Under the pieces are notes generated by a model that was not told the DNA's origin, ran no database searches, and saw only the letters and a list, made by a program, of their open reading frames with translations. This document shows, in pieces, positions 9,644-19,504 of a stretch of DNA of 64,000 nt. Numbering within the stretch: position 1 is the first letter of the stretch; each line of letters begins with the position of its first letter. The translations under genes were made by a program, and so were the position numbers. Source of the stretch: Alphaproteobacteria bacterium (GTDB lineage Bacteria; Pseudomonadota; Alphaproteobacteria; SP197); NCBI GenBank assembly GCA_965228895.1, contig OZ245842.1, forward strand, positions 1,056,001-1,120,000, given 5' to 3'.

Positions 9644-10186
9644 CTAGGCCTCGCGTCGGGCGGCGATGCGCTGCACGGCCGCGGGCTGCGGCCGTTCAAC
9701 GATAAGATCTTCATAGGCGAGCACGCGCAGGTGCCCCGCGGTAACGGCGAGCAGTTCGCCGGGCTGCAGCAGAAAGTCCGGATTGCGCGGCCGACCGAAC
9801 TGCTCGTTGCCTATCGCAAACGTCTCGTAGATCAGCATGCCGCCCGGCGCGACAGCTTCGACCAAGCGTGCCAAGAGTGGCCTGTAGAGATAGTTGGCAA
9901 CGACCACACCGGCGAACGTCTGACCGGCAAACGGCCAGGGCTGACCGGACTCCAGATCGACCGCCACCAGCTTGAGGCCCGGTGTTCCCGCCTGGTCGGC
10001 CATGCCGGAGATGTCGATATCGGCCGCCGTCACCGGATGGCCGAGATCCAGGAACAGGCGACTGTGGCGCCCGCCGCCGCATGCAAGGTCCAGCACCTGT
10101 CCCTGCGGCGGGACAAACGCGGCAAACCGGCTGATCCACGGCGACGCATCGGCGGTATGAACATGCGGGTCTGGCGTATCGGTCAT
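9644..10186 (-). CDS. Class I SAM-dependent methyltransferase
   Basis: VLDLACGGGRH, VVANYLYRP, GGMLIYETF and PDFLLQPGEL. Confidence 0.88.
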   Translation of the reverse strand: MTDTPDPHVHTADASPWISRFAAFVPPQGQVLDLACGGGRHSRLFLDLGHPVTAADIDISGMADQAGTPGLKLVAVDLESGQPWPFAGQTFAGVVVANYLYRPLLARLVEAVAPGGMLIYETFAIGNEQFGRPRNPDFLLQPGELLAVTAGHLRVLAYEDLIVERPQPAAVQRIAARREA

Positions 10187-10197
10187 GGTGTCGTCAT

Positions 10198-10226
10198 CTT
10201 GCAATTTCGCGGTTCTGGGCTCATAT
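10198..10226 (+). promoter_or_regulatory. Putative RpoH promoter for the DUF1178 gene
   Basis: CTTGCA-N16-CTCATAT. Confidence 0.45.
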
Positions 10227-10277
10227 AGGAGCCTTAGCGCTAACTAAGGCTATGATATATAAGAAAGTTCCTGGCGT

Positions 10278-10736
10278 ATGATCGTTTTTGACCTCAAATG
10301 TCCGGATGACCACGTCTTCGAAGGCTGGTTTGCCGACAGCGCGACCTTTGACCAGCAGGTCGAGGCGGGCGAGGTGACGTGCCCCTATTGCGGTTCACCT
10401 GATGTCAAAAAGGCGCTGATGGCGCCCAATGTCGCCACGCGGTCCTCAGCCGCCAAGGGTGAGGAGACGTCGTCCTCAACCGACATGGTGCCGGTCGCCA
10501 AACAAAAGGAAGAGGCCGGCAAGGTCATGGCCATGATGCGCGCGGTCAAGGACCACGTCGAAAAGAACTTCGACAACGTCGGCACCGAGTTCGCCGGTGA
10601 AGCGCGCAAAATCCACTATGGCGATGCCGAGAAGCGCAACATCTACGGCAAGGCAACGCGCGAAGAAGCCCAGGATCTCAAGGACGAAGGTGTCGAGTTC
10701 GGCGAACTGCCGGACCTGCCTGATCTCGATAGCTGA
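10278..10736 (+). CDS. DUF1178 family protein
   Basis: MIVFDLKC..HVFEGWF, CPYCGS, KALMAP, FAGEARKIHYG and RNIYG. Confidence 0.92.
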   Translation: MIVFDLKCPDDHVFEGWFADSATFDQQVEAGEVTCPYCGSPDVKKALMAPNVATRSSAAKGEETSSSTDMVPVAKQKEEAGKVMAMMRAVKDHVEKNFDNVGTEFAGEARKIHYGDAEKRNIYGKATREEAQDLKDEGVEFGELPDLPDLDS

Positions 10737-10765
10737 CTAGAGACTTTCCAATTCGGTTGGCATCA

Positions 10766-10836
10766 CCGGCCGGCTCCCCCGCCCGGCCACCCATGACAGC
10801 ATCCTCGGGGTGGCCGGGCGGGGGAGTGGGCCGGCG
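10766..10836 (-). repeat. GC-rich palindromic REP/MITE-like element, copy 2 (inverted orientation)
   Basis: Reverse complement reads CGCCGGCCCACTCCCCCGCCCGGCCACCCCGAGGATGCTGTCATGGGTGGCCGGGCGGGGGAGCCGGCCGG. Confidence 0.9.
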
Positions 10837-10862
10837 CTGAATCCGCGTGAGCTGAGAGCAGT

Positions 10863-12032
10863 CTAGCCCGCTGGCAGTGCCCGTTCCGCCAGTCGCGCCC
10901 AATAGCTTGCGCCGAGCGGCAGGACCTCGTCGTTGAAGTCGTAGTGCGGGTTGTGCAGCAGACAGCCGCCTTCTTCCGGACCGTTGCCGATCAGGATGTA
11001 GCAGCCGGGTTTTTCCTGCAGCATGAAGGCGAAGTCTTCCGATCCCATATCGGGTTCGAAAGCGCGGTCGACATGGCCATCACCAACCAGTTCGGCAGCG
11101 ACTCCGGCGGCAAAGTCAGTTTCGTCGGGCGTGTTGACCGTGGCGGGGTAGCGCCGTTCATAGCGAACGTTGGCGGTGCAGCGATGGGCGGCGGCGATGT
11201 TTTCGGCAATCCGCGTGATCGCCGGTTGCAGCATGTCGCGAACATGGTCGTCGAACCACCGGCATGTGCCGCGCAGCGTGACTTCGTCAGGGATCACGTT
11301 CCAGGTGTCGCCGGCGTGGATTTGGGTCACGCTGACGACGGCGGAGTGGAGCGGCGAGACCTCTCGCGCAACGACGGCCTTCAAGCCGCTCACGATTTGC
11401 GCGGCGGGAACCAGGGGATCGATGCCGCGATCGGGCATGGCCGCGTGCGTGCCGACGCCGTGGACGGTGATCTCGAAGATGTCGAAGGCGGCGAGGAACG
11501 GGCCTTCGCGCACGGCAAACTGGCCGACAGGAATGCCGGGTGCGTTGTGCATGCCATAGACCGAGTCGACGGGGAACAATTCGAACAAGCCGTCCTCGAT
11601 CATCACGCGGCCGCCGCCCTCGTTTTCTTCCGCCGGCTGGAAGATGAAATGGATGGTGCCGTCGAAGTTCTTGGTTTCGGCGAGATAGCGGGCCGCGCCA
11701 AGCAGCATGGTGGTGTGGCCGTCATGGCCGCAGGCATGCATCTTGCCTTCGTGTTTGGAGACATGATCGAAGGTGTTCTTCTCATGGATATGAAGCGCGT
11801 CGAGATCAGCGCGCAGTCCGATGCGACGTTCACCGGTACCGTTTTTGAGCGTGCCGACCACGCCGGTCGTGGCGAGGCCGCGATGAACCTCCATGCCGAA
11901 GTCTTCCAGCAGGTCGGCGACAACATCGGATGTGCGTTTTTCTTCGAACGCGGTTTCGGGGTGTGCATGGATGTCGCGGCGCCATGCCGTCATGTCGTCG
12001 TGGAACTCGGCAATACGGTTGATGATCGGCAT
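10863..12032 (-). CDS. M20D amidohydrolase (hippurate hydrolase/aminoacylase family)
   Basis: HAHPETAFEE, LRADLDAL, MHACGHDGH, FQPAEE, GSEDF and LHNPHYDFND. Confidence 0.93.
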   Translation of the reverse strand: MPIINRIAEFHDDMTAWRRDIHAHPETAFEEKRTSDVVADLLEDFGMEVHRGLATTGVVGTLKNGTGERRIGLRADLDALHIHEKNTFDHVSKHEGKMHACGHDGHTTMLLGAARYLAETKNFDGTIHFIFQPAEENEGGGRVMIEDGLFELFPVDSVYGMHNAPGIPVGQFAVREGPFLAAFDIFEITVHGVGTHAAMPDRGIDPLVPAAQIVSGLKAVVAREVSPLHSAVVSVTQIHAGDTWNVIPDEVTLRGTCRWFDDHVRDMLQPAITRIAENIAAAHRCTANVRYERRYPATVNTPDETDFAAGVAAELVGDGHVDRAFEPDMGSEDFAFMLQEKPGCYILIGNGPEEGGCLLHNPHYDFNDEVLPLGASYWARLAERALPAG

Positions 12033-12048
12033 GGTGATCTCCGGATTT

Positions 12049-13305
12049 TTAGTCGGTGCGACGGCGAGCCACCGTCACGGCGCGAACCTGTGGGTGGATC
12101 AGAATATAGGCCAGAAGCAGCGCCATAAGCACGCCATTCAGCACATAGGGTGCGCGCAGCCAGACTTCGTAGAGCGGCAAGGTGACGAAGGCGCCGACAA
12201 CATGGCCGGACGCGCCCATGCCGTTGATGATGCCGGCGGCCGAGCCCTGTTCATCGGGATTGACGGCGAGTGATCCGGCGGCGGCGATTCCGGGACGCAA
12301 CATGCCATGACCGAATCCCAAGATGATCAAGGCCAGCATGATCGGCAAATAGCTGTTGGCGAGCGCAAACAACACGAAACAGGCCAGGCTGATTCCGGCG
12401 CCGCCATAGAGCAGCAGACGCGGCGACGGCTGATACCGCCGGACGATGAAGAGCTGCACGACCAAAGCCGCCGCTGCCGATACGGTGAGGCCCAGACCGA
12501 CCTGGCGCACCGCCTGATCGGCGCCATAGTCCAGCAGGTCGATCATGTAAAAGCCGACGGATTGCATGGTGCCGGCCTGACAGGTGGTCATCACGATCGA
12601 TGCGATAACAAACGGCCTGATGCGCCTGTCCCATGTCCGCACGCGCGGTGGCAACCGCTTGCCGCGGGGCGGTGTACGTTCCGGCAGCATGAACCAACAG
12701 GCGACCGCGCTGCAGGTGGCGAAGGCCGCAACCGCATAGAGCGGCGTGAGAGCACCCAGATCAACCAGCAACGCGCCAATGCCCGGACCGACAATAATGC
12801 CGACACCAAACGCCGCCCCGATGGTGGCAAGAGCCGGCGTGCGTTCGCGGCGCGTCGTGCGGTCGGCGATATAGGCCTGTGACGCCGGAAAGGTGCCGGA
12901 GCCGAACATGCCGAAGATGGCGCGTGTTACGACCATCAGCGGAAACGCGACGGCCAGAACCAGGGCACCGTTGATGCCGGCCTGAATGACGACCGCGAGC
13001 AAGACCATGGAGACGGCGTATCCGGCCAGGCCGATCAGAATGACCGGTTTGCGTCCGATGCGATCGCTGCGCCGCCCCCAAAAGGGGCTGGCTACAATCC
13101 ATAGCCCGGCCGACAGGGCGAAGACGGCGCCGACTTGCCATTCCTGCATGCCAAGCTCGCGAGACAGAGGCGGCAGGATCGAGAGCAGCAGGGATTGACC
13201 CATGCCCAAACAAGCAAGCGAGACGAACAACAGACGAAAGGCGCGGCGGCGTGCCTGCGGCGTCGTCGCCGTAGGCGGCGGGGCGTCGTCGTCGAAGAGA
13301 GAAAT
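12049..13305 (-). CDS. MFS transporter (TetA/DHA1-like); start uncertain (ATT 13305, CTG 13233 or TTG 13230)
   Basis: Motif A GRRSDRIGRK, AYIADRT, motif C GIIVGPGIG and about 12 hydrophobic segments. Confidence 0.88.
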   Translation of the reverse strand: MSLFDDDAPPPTATTPQARRRAFRLLFVSLACLGMGQSLLLSILPPLSRELGMQEWQVGAVFALSAGLWIVASPFWGRRSDRIGRKPVILIGLAGYAVSMVLLAVVIQAGINGALVLAVAFPLMVVTRAIFGMFGSGTFPASQAYIADRTTRRERTPALATIGAAFGVGIIVGPGIGALLVDLGALTPLYAVAAFATCSAVACWFMLPERTPPRGKRLPPRVRTWDRRIRPFVIASIVMTTCQAGTMQSVGFYMIDLLDYGADQAVRQVGLGLTVSAAAALVVQLFIVRRYQPSPRLLLYGGAGISLACFVLFALANSYLPIMLALIILGFGHGMLRPGIAAAGSLAVNPDEQGSAAGIINGMGASGHVVGAFVTLPLYEVWLRAPYVLNGVLMALLLAYILIHPQVRAVTVARRRTD

Positions 13306-13379
13306 ACCTGGTCTCCGGGCTGTCCGATCCCTTATAGACCACGCCCGCCGACCAACGCCAAGCCATGAGAGGTCATGTC

Positions 13380-13850
13380 ATGCAGCGTGAACACAGCTAT
13401 CGTGTCGTCACCGAATGGACCGGCGCCGCCGACGGTTCCACCGTCACCTACAAGAGTTACTCCCGAACCTATCGCCAGCAGATCGGCGACAAGCTGACGT
13501 TGACGGGCTCCGCCGATGCGGCATTTCTTGGTGACGCCTCCCTGGTCAACCCCGAGGATCTGATGGTCGCCGCGCTGTCGTCATGCCACATGCTGAGCTA
13601 TCTCGCATGCTGCGCACTCGACGTTGTTGAGGTGACGGCTTACGAAGATGCGGCCGAAGGCATCATGGTCGAAGAGCGCGGTGCCGGGCAGTTCCAATCC
13701 GTCATGTTGCGCCCAACGGTGACGGTCGCTGCCGGCACTGACATGGAAAAGGCACAGGCACTGCATAAGAACGCGCACGAAGTCTGTTTCATCGCGCGTT
13801 CTGTCAACTTTCCGGTCGAGCACGAGGCGCGGATCGTTGTTGCGGACTAG
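13380..13850 (+). CDS. OsmC/Ohr family protein
   Basis: NPEDLMVAALSSCHMLSYL and HEVCFIARSVNFPV (two catalytic Cys); SD GAGAGG. Confidence 0.92.
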   Translation: MQREHSYRVVTEWTGAADGSTVTYKSYSRTYRQQIGDKLTLTGSADAAFLGDASLVNPEDLMVAALSSCHMLSYLACCALDVVEVTAYEDAAEGIMVEERGAGQFQSVMLRPTVTVAAGTDMEKAQALHKNAHEVCFIARSVNFPVEHEARIVVAD

Positions 13851-13862
13851 AACGCCACTGAC

Positions 13863-14153
13863 CTAACGCCGCCGCGGCGAGTGATGCCAATCGACCCATT
13901 CGGGATGTTTGCGGCGCACCCAGCGGACAAACGTCGCGATCTCGGGATGCCCGCGCAGTGCTTCCGGCGTGTTGTAGCGTTGCGCCAAGTCGGATTCATC
14001 GAGGACCGCATGGACTTTGCGGTGACACACCTTGTGAAGCGGTGATTGGTTCTTGCCGCCGGCTGATTTCGGCACCCAATGATGGCGGTCGACGCTGGGA
14101 CCGTCGATCATCAGGCGGCCGCAGAGCGGGCATGGTCCAAGATGTTCTGTCAT
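13863..14153 (-). CDS. Small stand-alone HNH endonuclease (YisB-like)
   Basis: CPLCGR..HHWVPKS.GG..LHKVCHRKVH and C-terminal FVRWV. Confidence 0.85.
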   Translation of the reverse strand: MTEHLGPCPLCGRLMIDGPSVDRHHWVPKSAGGKNQSPLHKVCHRKVHAVLDESDLAQRYNTPEALRGHPEIATFVRWVRRKHPEWVDWHHSPRRR

Positions 14154-14288
14154 AACGCCGTTTCTAGGCGTGCGGGATCTGTGAATAACGCGATGATCGC
14201 TTCGAATTCCCTGGGCTTCCATCGGTGCCCGCACCGGTTAGAATGTGCCATGATCATTGTGGTTTCGAAAGTCGCGGTGGAATAGGGC

Positions 14289-15119
14289 GTGTCAGAACAA
14301 TCCAGAGTATCGCAGCAGATTGAGGACATCGGCCGATTGGCGGACGATGACATCGATCTCGGTTCGTCTGCTTTGACTCTCGCGTCACTCGACCGAAACG
14401 ACGTGTCGCTGGAGCCATATCGTTCGCATTTGGCAGCGTTGGCGGCCGATGCGGCGGCCCTGGGACATCGTGGCGGTGATCTTGAAGGACGGGCCTGGGC
14501 ACTTGCCCGTGTGCTCTATGAACGCCATGGCTATTCTGGCGACCAGGAGAGCTATGACGATTTGCGCAACGCCGACCTGATGAGTGTGATCGACCGGCGC
14601 AAGGGCATCCCCGTGTCGCTGGGTATTCTCTACATGCACACAGCCCGCGCCATGGGATGGCATGTCACCGGTCTGAACTTTCCGTCCCACTTCCTGGTTC
14701 GTCTGGAAGGGCAGAGCACGCGGCTGATCATCGATCCCTTCGACGGCGGCCGCATTATGGAATCACAGGATATTCGCGCGCTTGCCAAGACCGTGTTCGG
14801 ACCGGAAGCGGAGGTCGAACAGAGTTGGTTCCGGGCAGTCAGCAACCGCGACACCTTGCTCAGGCTCCTCAACAACACGAGGACACGTTCAATCCAGGCC
14901 GGCGAACTGGAACGTGGCGCCGAGATAACGCGGCGCATGATCGCGATCGCGCCGGACGCGACCAATCTGCAACGCGATTTGGGTATGGTCGAAGCGCATA
15001 TCGGCAATGTCGGCGCGGCCATCGAAGCGCTTGCGAGTTACCTGCAGTCCGGGCCGCGCGGTGCCGACAAGGCCGAGGTCGAACGCATGCTCAACAAGCT
15101 GCGCCAGGCGCTGAACTAA
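14289..15119 (+). CDS. SirB1/YchA family protein (transglutaminase-like core plus TPR)
   Basis: VIDRRKGIPVSLGILY, GLNFPSHFLVR, IIDPFDGG, LLRLLNN and a TPR segment RDLG. Confidence 0.9.
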   Translation: MSEQSRVSQQIEDIGRLADDDIDLGSSALTLASLDRNDVSLEPYRSHLAALAADAAALGHRGGDLEGRAWALARVLYERHGYSGDQESYDDLRNADLMSVIDRRKGIPVSLGILYMHTARAMGWHVTGLNFPSHFLVRLEGQSTRLIIDPFDGGRIMESQDIRALAKTVFGPEAEVEQSWFRAVSNRDTLLRLLNNTRTRSIQAGELERGAEITRRMIAIAPDATNLQRDLGMVEAHIGNVGAAIEALASYLQSGPRGADKAEVERMLNKLRQALN

Positions 15120-15259
15120 CCGCGTCTTCGGCGCGCGACGGATGGGGGTCGTCGCCACGTGTCAGAAATCTTTGACGTCCGGCGCTGTCTGGTAACGCGC
15201 ATCCAACGGTTGTGTTATGGTCGCCGGTGGAGTGTGGTCGGGTGAAGCGGGGGACCCTC

Positions 15260-16141
15260 TTGAAATCCGTGAATTGCATTGTGCTGCTGGGCGTGGCGTT
15301 CGTTCTGGCGGCGTGCGGGCTGGCCGAGAGTCCCGTGCTCGACCCCAAGGGGCCGATCACAGAAACCGAACGCGATCTGATGTTTGAGACCTTGGCGATC
15401 ATGATGATCGTCGTCATCCCGGTCTACATCTTGGTGCTCTGGTTCATCCCGCGTTACCGCGCAACCAATGCCAAGGCGCGCTACATGCCCGACTGGCAGT
15501 CGACGGGCATCGATGCCATCACGTGGATTGTGCCGGCCGCGATCATCGTCGCGGTAGGCACCTATGTCTGGATCTACACCCACAAACTCGACCCCTATAA
15601 GACGATCGAAGCGGAGTCGGGCGCAGAGCCGTTCGTCGTCGAGGTCGTCGCGCAGGATTGGAAGTGGCTGTTCCTCTACCCCGATCAGGGTGTCGCCAGT
15701 GTCAACGAGTTGGTGTTTCCCAGCGGTGTGCCGCTGGAGCTCATCGTCACGTCTGACACGGTCATGAATTCGTTCTATGTGCCGGCGCTGGGCAGTCAGA
15801 TCTATGCCATGGCGGGCATGGAGACGGAGCTCAACCTGCTCGCCTGGGAGCCCGGTCAGTTTGTCGGCAGGAACTCGCAATACAGCGGTTCAGGATTCTC
15901 GCAACAATACTTCGACGTGATTGCGGCGACGCAAGAGGACTTCGATGCCTGGATCGACACCGTCAAGCAGTCGGGCCAGACCCTTGATGACGCGGCTTAC
16001 GAAGAACTCGCCAAGCCGAGCACCGCGCATCCGATAACCCATTACGCGTCTTACGAGGCCGGTCTGTTCGACAAGATCATGATGAAATACATGCATGCTC
16101 CCGGACATATGGGTGGCGCTGTGACCGGTGTGGAGGAATAG
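15260..16141 (+). CDS. cyoA: Ubiquinol oxidase (bo3-type) subunit II
   Basis: Lipobox [28 protein letters not shown] and QIYAMAGM; no CuA CxxxC. Confidence 0.95.
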   Translation: MKSVNCIVLLGVAFVLAACGLAESPVLDPKGPITETERDLMFETLAIMMIVVIPVYILVLWFIPRYRATNAKARYMPDWQSTGIDAITWIVPAAIIVAVGTYVWIYTHKLDPYKTIEAESGAEPFVVEVVAQDWKWLFLYPDQGVASVNELVFPSGVPLELIVTSDTVMNSFYVPALGSQIYAMAGMETELNLLAWEPGQFVGRNSQYSGSGFSQQYFDVIAATQEDFDAWIDTVKQSGQTLDDAAYEELAKPSTAHPITHYASYEAGLFDKIMMKYMHAPGHMGGAVTGVEE

Positions 16142-16143
16142 GG

Positions 16144-18180
16144 ATGCTCGGTAGACTGACGGTCGAGGCGCTGCCGCTCTATAGCTGGATTGCTATGGGT
16201 GGCGCGGCGGTCACGGTGCTCGGCGGCGTCACCGTTTTCGCCTTGCTGACCTGGTTCAAGAAGTGGGGTTACTTCTGGAACGAGTGGCTGACCAGCCTCG
16301 ATCACAAGCGCATTGGCGTGATGTATATCGCCCTGGCACTTTTGATGCTGGTGCGCGGTTTTGTCGACGCCCTCATGATGCGCAGTCAGCAGGCGTTCGC
16401 CTATGACTCCGGCGGCTATCTGCCGCCCGGCCATTTCGACCAGGTGTTCAGTTCACACGGCACGATCATGATCTTTTTCATGGCCATGCCGTTCATGACC
16501 GGTCTGTTCAATCTTATCGTGCCGCAACAGATCGGCACGCGTGACGTTGCGTTCCCGTTCATGAATTCGCTCAGCCTGTGGTTCACCTCGGCGGGCGCCG
16601 GTCTGATCCTGATCTCATTGGTGATCGGCAAGTTCTCGACCGCCGGCTGGACCGGCTATCCGCCCTATTCGGGCCTGGAGTTTTCGCCCGGCGTCGGCGT
16701 CGACTATTGGCTGTGGGCGGTGCTGATAAGCGGGATAGGCTCGACGCTGACCGGTATCAACTTCATTGTCACCATCCTCAAACGACGAGCGCCCGGCATG
16801 ACTCTGCTGCGCATGCCGCTCTTCACGTGGACCGTTCTGGTCAGCAGCGTGCTCATGGCGTTTGCGTTCCCCGCGCTCACTGTCGCCGCCGGCCTGTTGG
16901 GCCTCGACCGCTATCTGGAGATGCATTTCTTCACCAATGCCGATGGCGGCAACATGATGAACTTCATCAACCTGCTGTGGATCTGGGGCCATCCGGAGGT
17001 CTATATCCTGATCCTGCCGGCCTTCGGCGTGTTCTCCGAAGTCGTCGCGACGTTCTCGCGCAAGAGCCTGTTCGGCTACAAGTCGCTGGTCTATGCGACG
17101 GCGGCGATCGGCATCCTCTCGTTCTCGGTCTGGCTGCACCACTTCTTCACCATGGGTGCGGGCGCCAATGTCAACGCGGTGTTCGGTATCGCCACCATGA
17201 TCATCGCGGTGCCGACCGGCGTGAAGGTGTTCGACTGGCTGTTCACCATGTATCGCGGGCGCATCACGTTCGATCCGACGATGTACTGGACGATCGGCTT
17301 CATCGTGACCTTTGTCATCGGCGGCGTGACCGGCGTTCTGCTCGCCATCCCGCCAGTCGATTACCTGATGCACAACACGACCTTCCTGGTCGCCCATTTC
17401 CACAACATGATCATTCCCGGCGTGTTGTTCGGTTATGTCGCCGGCCTGATCTACTGGTTTCCCAAGGCGATTGGATTCCAACTCAGTGCCAAATGGGGCA
17501 TTCGTGCCTTCTGGTGCTGGCTTATCGGCTTCTATCTCGCCTTCATGCCGCTCTATCTGCTCGGTATGATGGGCATGCCGCGGCGCATGGAGCGTTACGA
17601 GATCGCCGAGTGGCAACCCTACCTGATCATCGCGGCCATCGGCGCTGCGGTTATTCTGGCAGGCGTCGTCTGCATGGCGTTTCAGTTACTGGTCGGTATT
17701 AGGGAACGCGAGAAAACGCGCGACCTCAGCGGCGATCCGTTCAACGGGCGTACGCTGGAGTGGCTGACGTCATCGCCGCCTGCGCCCTACAACTTCGCCG
17801 TCGTTCCCAAGGTCGAAAGTCTCGATGCGTTCTGGAAGATGAAGGTGGACGGCACCGCCTATCAGAAGCCTTCGGGCTACACCGATATCGTGATGCCGAG
17901 GAACTCCAGCCTTGGTGTCGTTGCGGGCGCGTTCGCCTTTGTCCTGGGCTTCGCCATGATTTGGTACATCTGGTGGCTGGCGATCCTCAGCCTGCTGGTG
18001 ATCGGTATTGTCGTTGTCGTGCGCAGCAGCATGGACAACACGGATTACGTCATTACCGCCAGCGAGGTCGCAGCGATCGAGGAGCAACGCTTTAACGATC
18101 TTGCCCGCGTGCCGCGTCACGACACCGGCGACCCGGCGGCAAGCCCGCAAGCCGCGCCGGCACCGGGGAGTGCGTCATGA
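16144..18180 (+). CDS. cyoB: Ubiquinol oxidase subunit I
   Basis: DHKRIG, quinol-site RGFVD and GHFDQ, WGHPEVY, WLHHFF and AHFHN. Confidence 0.97.
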   Translation: MLGRLTVEALPLYSWIAMGGAAVTVLGGVTVFALLTWFKKWGYFWNEWLTSLDHKRIGVMYIALALLMLVRGFVDALMMRSQQAFAYDSGGYLPPGHFDQVFSSHGTIMIFFMAMPFMTGLFNLIVPQQIGTRDVAFPFMNSLSLWFTSAGAGLILISLVIGKFSTAGWTGYPPYSGLEFSPGVGVDYWLWAVLISGIGSTLTGINFIVTILKRRAPGMTLLRMPLFTWTVLVSSVLMAFAFPALTVAAGLLGLDRYLEMHFFTNADGGNMMNFINLLWIWGHPEVYILILPAFGVFSEVVATFSRKSLFGYKSLVYATAAIGILSFSVWLHHFFTMGAGANVNAVFGIATMIIAVPTGVKVFDWLFTMYRGRITFDPTMYWTIGFIVTFVIGGVTGVLLAIPPVDYLMHNTTFLVAHFHNMIIPGVLFGYVAGLIYWFPKAIGFQLSAKWGIRAFWCWLIGFYLAFMPLYLLGMMGMPRRMERYEIAEWQPYLIIAAIGAAVILAGVVCMAFQLLVGIREREKTRDLSGDPFNGRTLEWLTSSPPAPYNFAVVPKVESLDAFWKMKVDGTAYQKPSGYTDIVMPRNSSLGVVAGAFAFVLGFAMIWYIWWLAILSLLVIGIVVVVRSSMDNTDYVITASEVAAIEEQRFNDLARVPRHDTGDPAASPQAAPAPGSAS

Positions 18181-18782
18181 GTGCTGACGTCGCCCTAGAC
18201 CCGCAGCATCGCGGGCCGGAAGAAGAGGCCTACGAGGAACGGGCCTTCGGGTTCTGGCTCTACCTGATGACCGACGCGATCATCTTTGCGCTGCTGTTCG
18301 CGACCTATGTGGTGATGGCGCCGAACGTCGCGTCGGCGCCGGCGCCCAAATCGCTGTTCGATCTGTGGCACACGGCGGGCGAGACGGCATTGCTCCTGAT
18401 CAGCAGCCTGACCTTTGGTATCGCCACGATATCCATGATCCAGCGCAAGAAGGGCCAGGTTCTCTTGTGGCTCGCGATCACCTTCGTGCTGGGCGCCGGT
18501 TTCGTCGCCATGGAAATCATGGAGTTCGCCGGCATGATCGCGGCTGGCGCCGGTCCGGGCGGCAGCGGTTCGCTGTCGGCGTTCTTTACCCTGGTCGGCA
18601 CCCATGGCCTGCACGTCACCATGGGTCTCATTTGGATCGTCATTCTGGGCCTGCAGGTGATGGTGAAGGGTCTCACCATGCCGGTGACGTCGCGCTTGTT
18701 CCGCCTGGGCCTGTTTTGGCACTTCCTTGACATCGTCTGGATCGGGATCTTCTCGGTCGTTTACCTGCCGGGGATCATGTAG
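18177..18782 (+). CDS. cyoC: Ubiquinol oxidase subunit III
   Basis: [24 protein letters not shown] and FWHFLDIVW. Confidence 0.96.
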   Translation: MSADVALDPQHRGPEEEAYEERAFGFWLYLMTDAIIFALLFATYVVMAPNVASAPAPKSLFDLWHTAGETALLLISSLTFGIATISMIQRKKGQVLLWLAITFVLGAGFVAMEIMEFAGMIAAGAGPGGSGSLSAFFTLVGTHGLHVTMGLIWIVILGLQVMVKGLTMPVTSRLFRLGLFWHFLDIVWIGIFSVVYLPGIM

Positions 18783-19100
18783 ATGGAACACGCAACCGTC
18801 AGCGGCGGCCACAGCCTGAAGAACTATCTGATCGGTTTTGTGCTGGCCGTGATCCTAACCGCCATTCCGTTCGCGCTTGTCGCGATGGGGGCGTTGCCGC
18901 GCGTAACGATGTTTTTTGTCATCGCCGTTGCCGCGGTCGTGCAGGTCTTCGTCCATCTGCGCTATTTTCTGAATCTGAGCCTAAAGGAAACGCCACGCGA
19001 GAACATCTTGGCGCTGGCCTTTGCTTGCGTGCTCGTCTTCCTGATGGTCGGCGGCACCATGTGGATCATGTTCAACTTGGACTACCGCCACGACATGTGA
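18783..19100 (+). CDS. cyoD: Ubiquinol oxidase subunit IV
   Basis: YLIGFVLAVILTAIPF, QVFVHLRYFL and GTMWIMFNL. Confidence 0.95.
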   Translation: MEHATVSGGHSLKNYLIGFVLAVILTAIPFALVAMGALPRVTMFFVIAVAAVVQVFVHLRYFLNLSLKETPRENILALAFACVLVFLMVGGTMWIMFNLDYRHDM

Positions 19101-19498
19101 TGGCGCACGGTGAAGGTTCCGCCACCGTGTTGCCTCGCACTTGGCTCGTCCTGGCGGGTCTAAACGGCGCCATCGCGGTCGCGGCCGGTGCCATGGCCGC
19201 GCATGTCGCACAGGACGCCGGCGGTGATACGATCGCGACGGCATCGCGGTATCAGATGTGGCACGCGCTCGCTCTGTTGGCGGTCGCGTGGCTCTCGACC
19301 ACTGCGCGATACAAACTGGCTAACGTGGCGGGCTGTCTCTACGTCGCCGGTATCGTGCTCTTTTGCGGTTCTCTTTACCTGTCGGTCGCGGCCGACTGGC
19401 CCGGCGTAACGGTCGCCGCGCCCTTCGGTGGTGTCGCGTTCATCCTGGGCTGGCTGATGCTGCTCGGCGCGGGTCTAGGCCGGTTCAGGCAAGACTGA
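19100..19498 (+). CDS. DUF423 (YgdD/TMEM256) membrane protein
   Basis: GAMAAH, TASRYQMWHALAL, GIVLFCGSLY and APFGG..FILGW; TGATG overlap with cyoD. Confidence 0.9.
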   Translation: MAHGEGSATVLPRTWLVLAGLNGAIAVAAGAMAAHVAQDAGGDTIATASRYQMWHALALLAVAWLSTTARYKLANVAGCLYVAGIVLFCGSLYLSVAADWPGVTVAAPFGGVAFILGWLMLLGAGLGRFRQD

Positions 19499-19504
19499 CG
19501 CCAG

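Noticed and set aside
9548-10836. Palindrome copies as a CRISPR array or composite transposon ends
   Set aside because: No regular repeat-spacer array, no cas or transposase gene, no target-site duplication seen, and a third copy lies 47 kb away.
15120-15260. FNR or RegA box upstream of cyoA
   Set aside because: Only partial matches (TTGAC without an ATCAA half-site; GCGAC/GTCGC too widely spaced).
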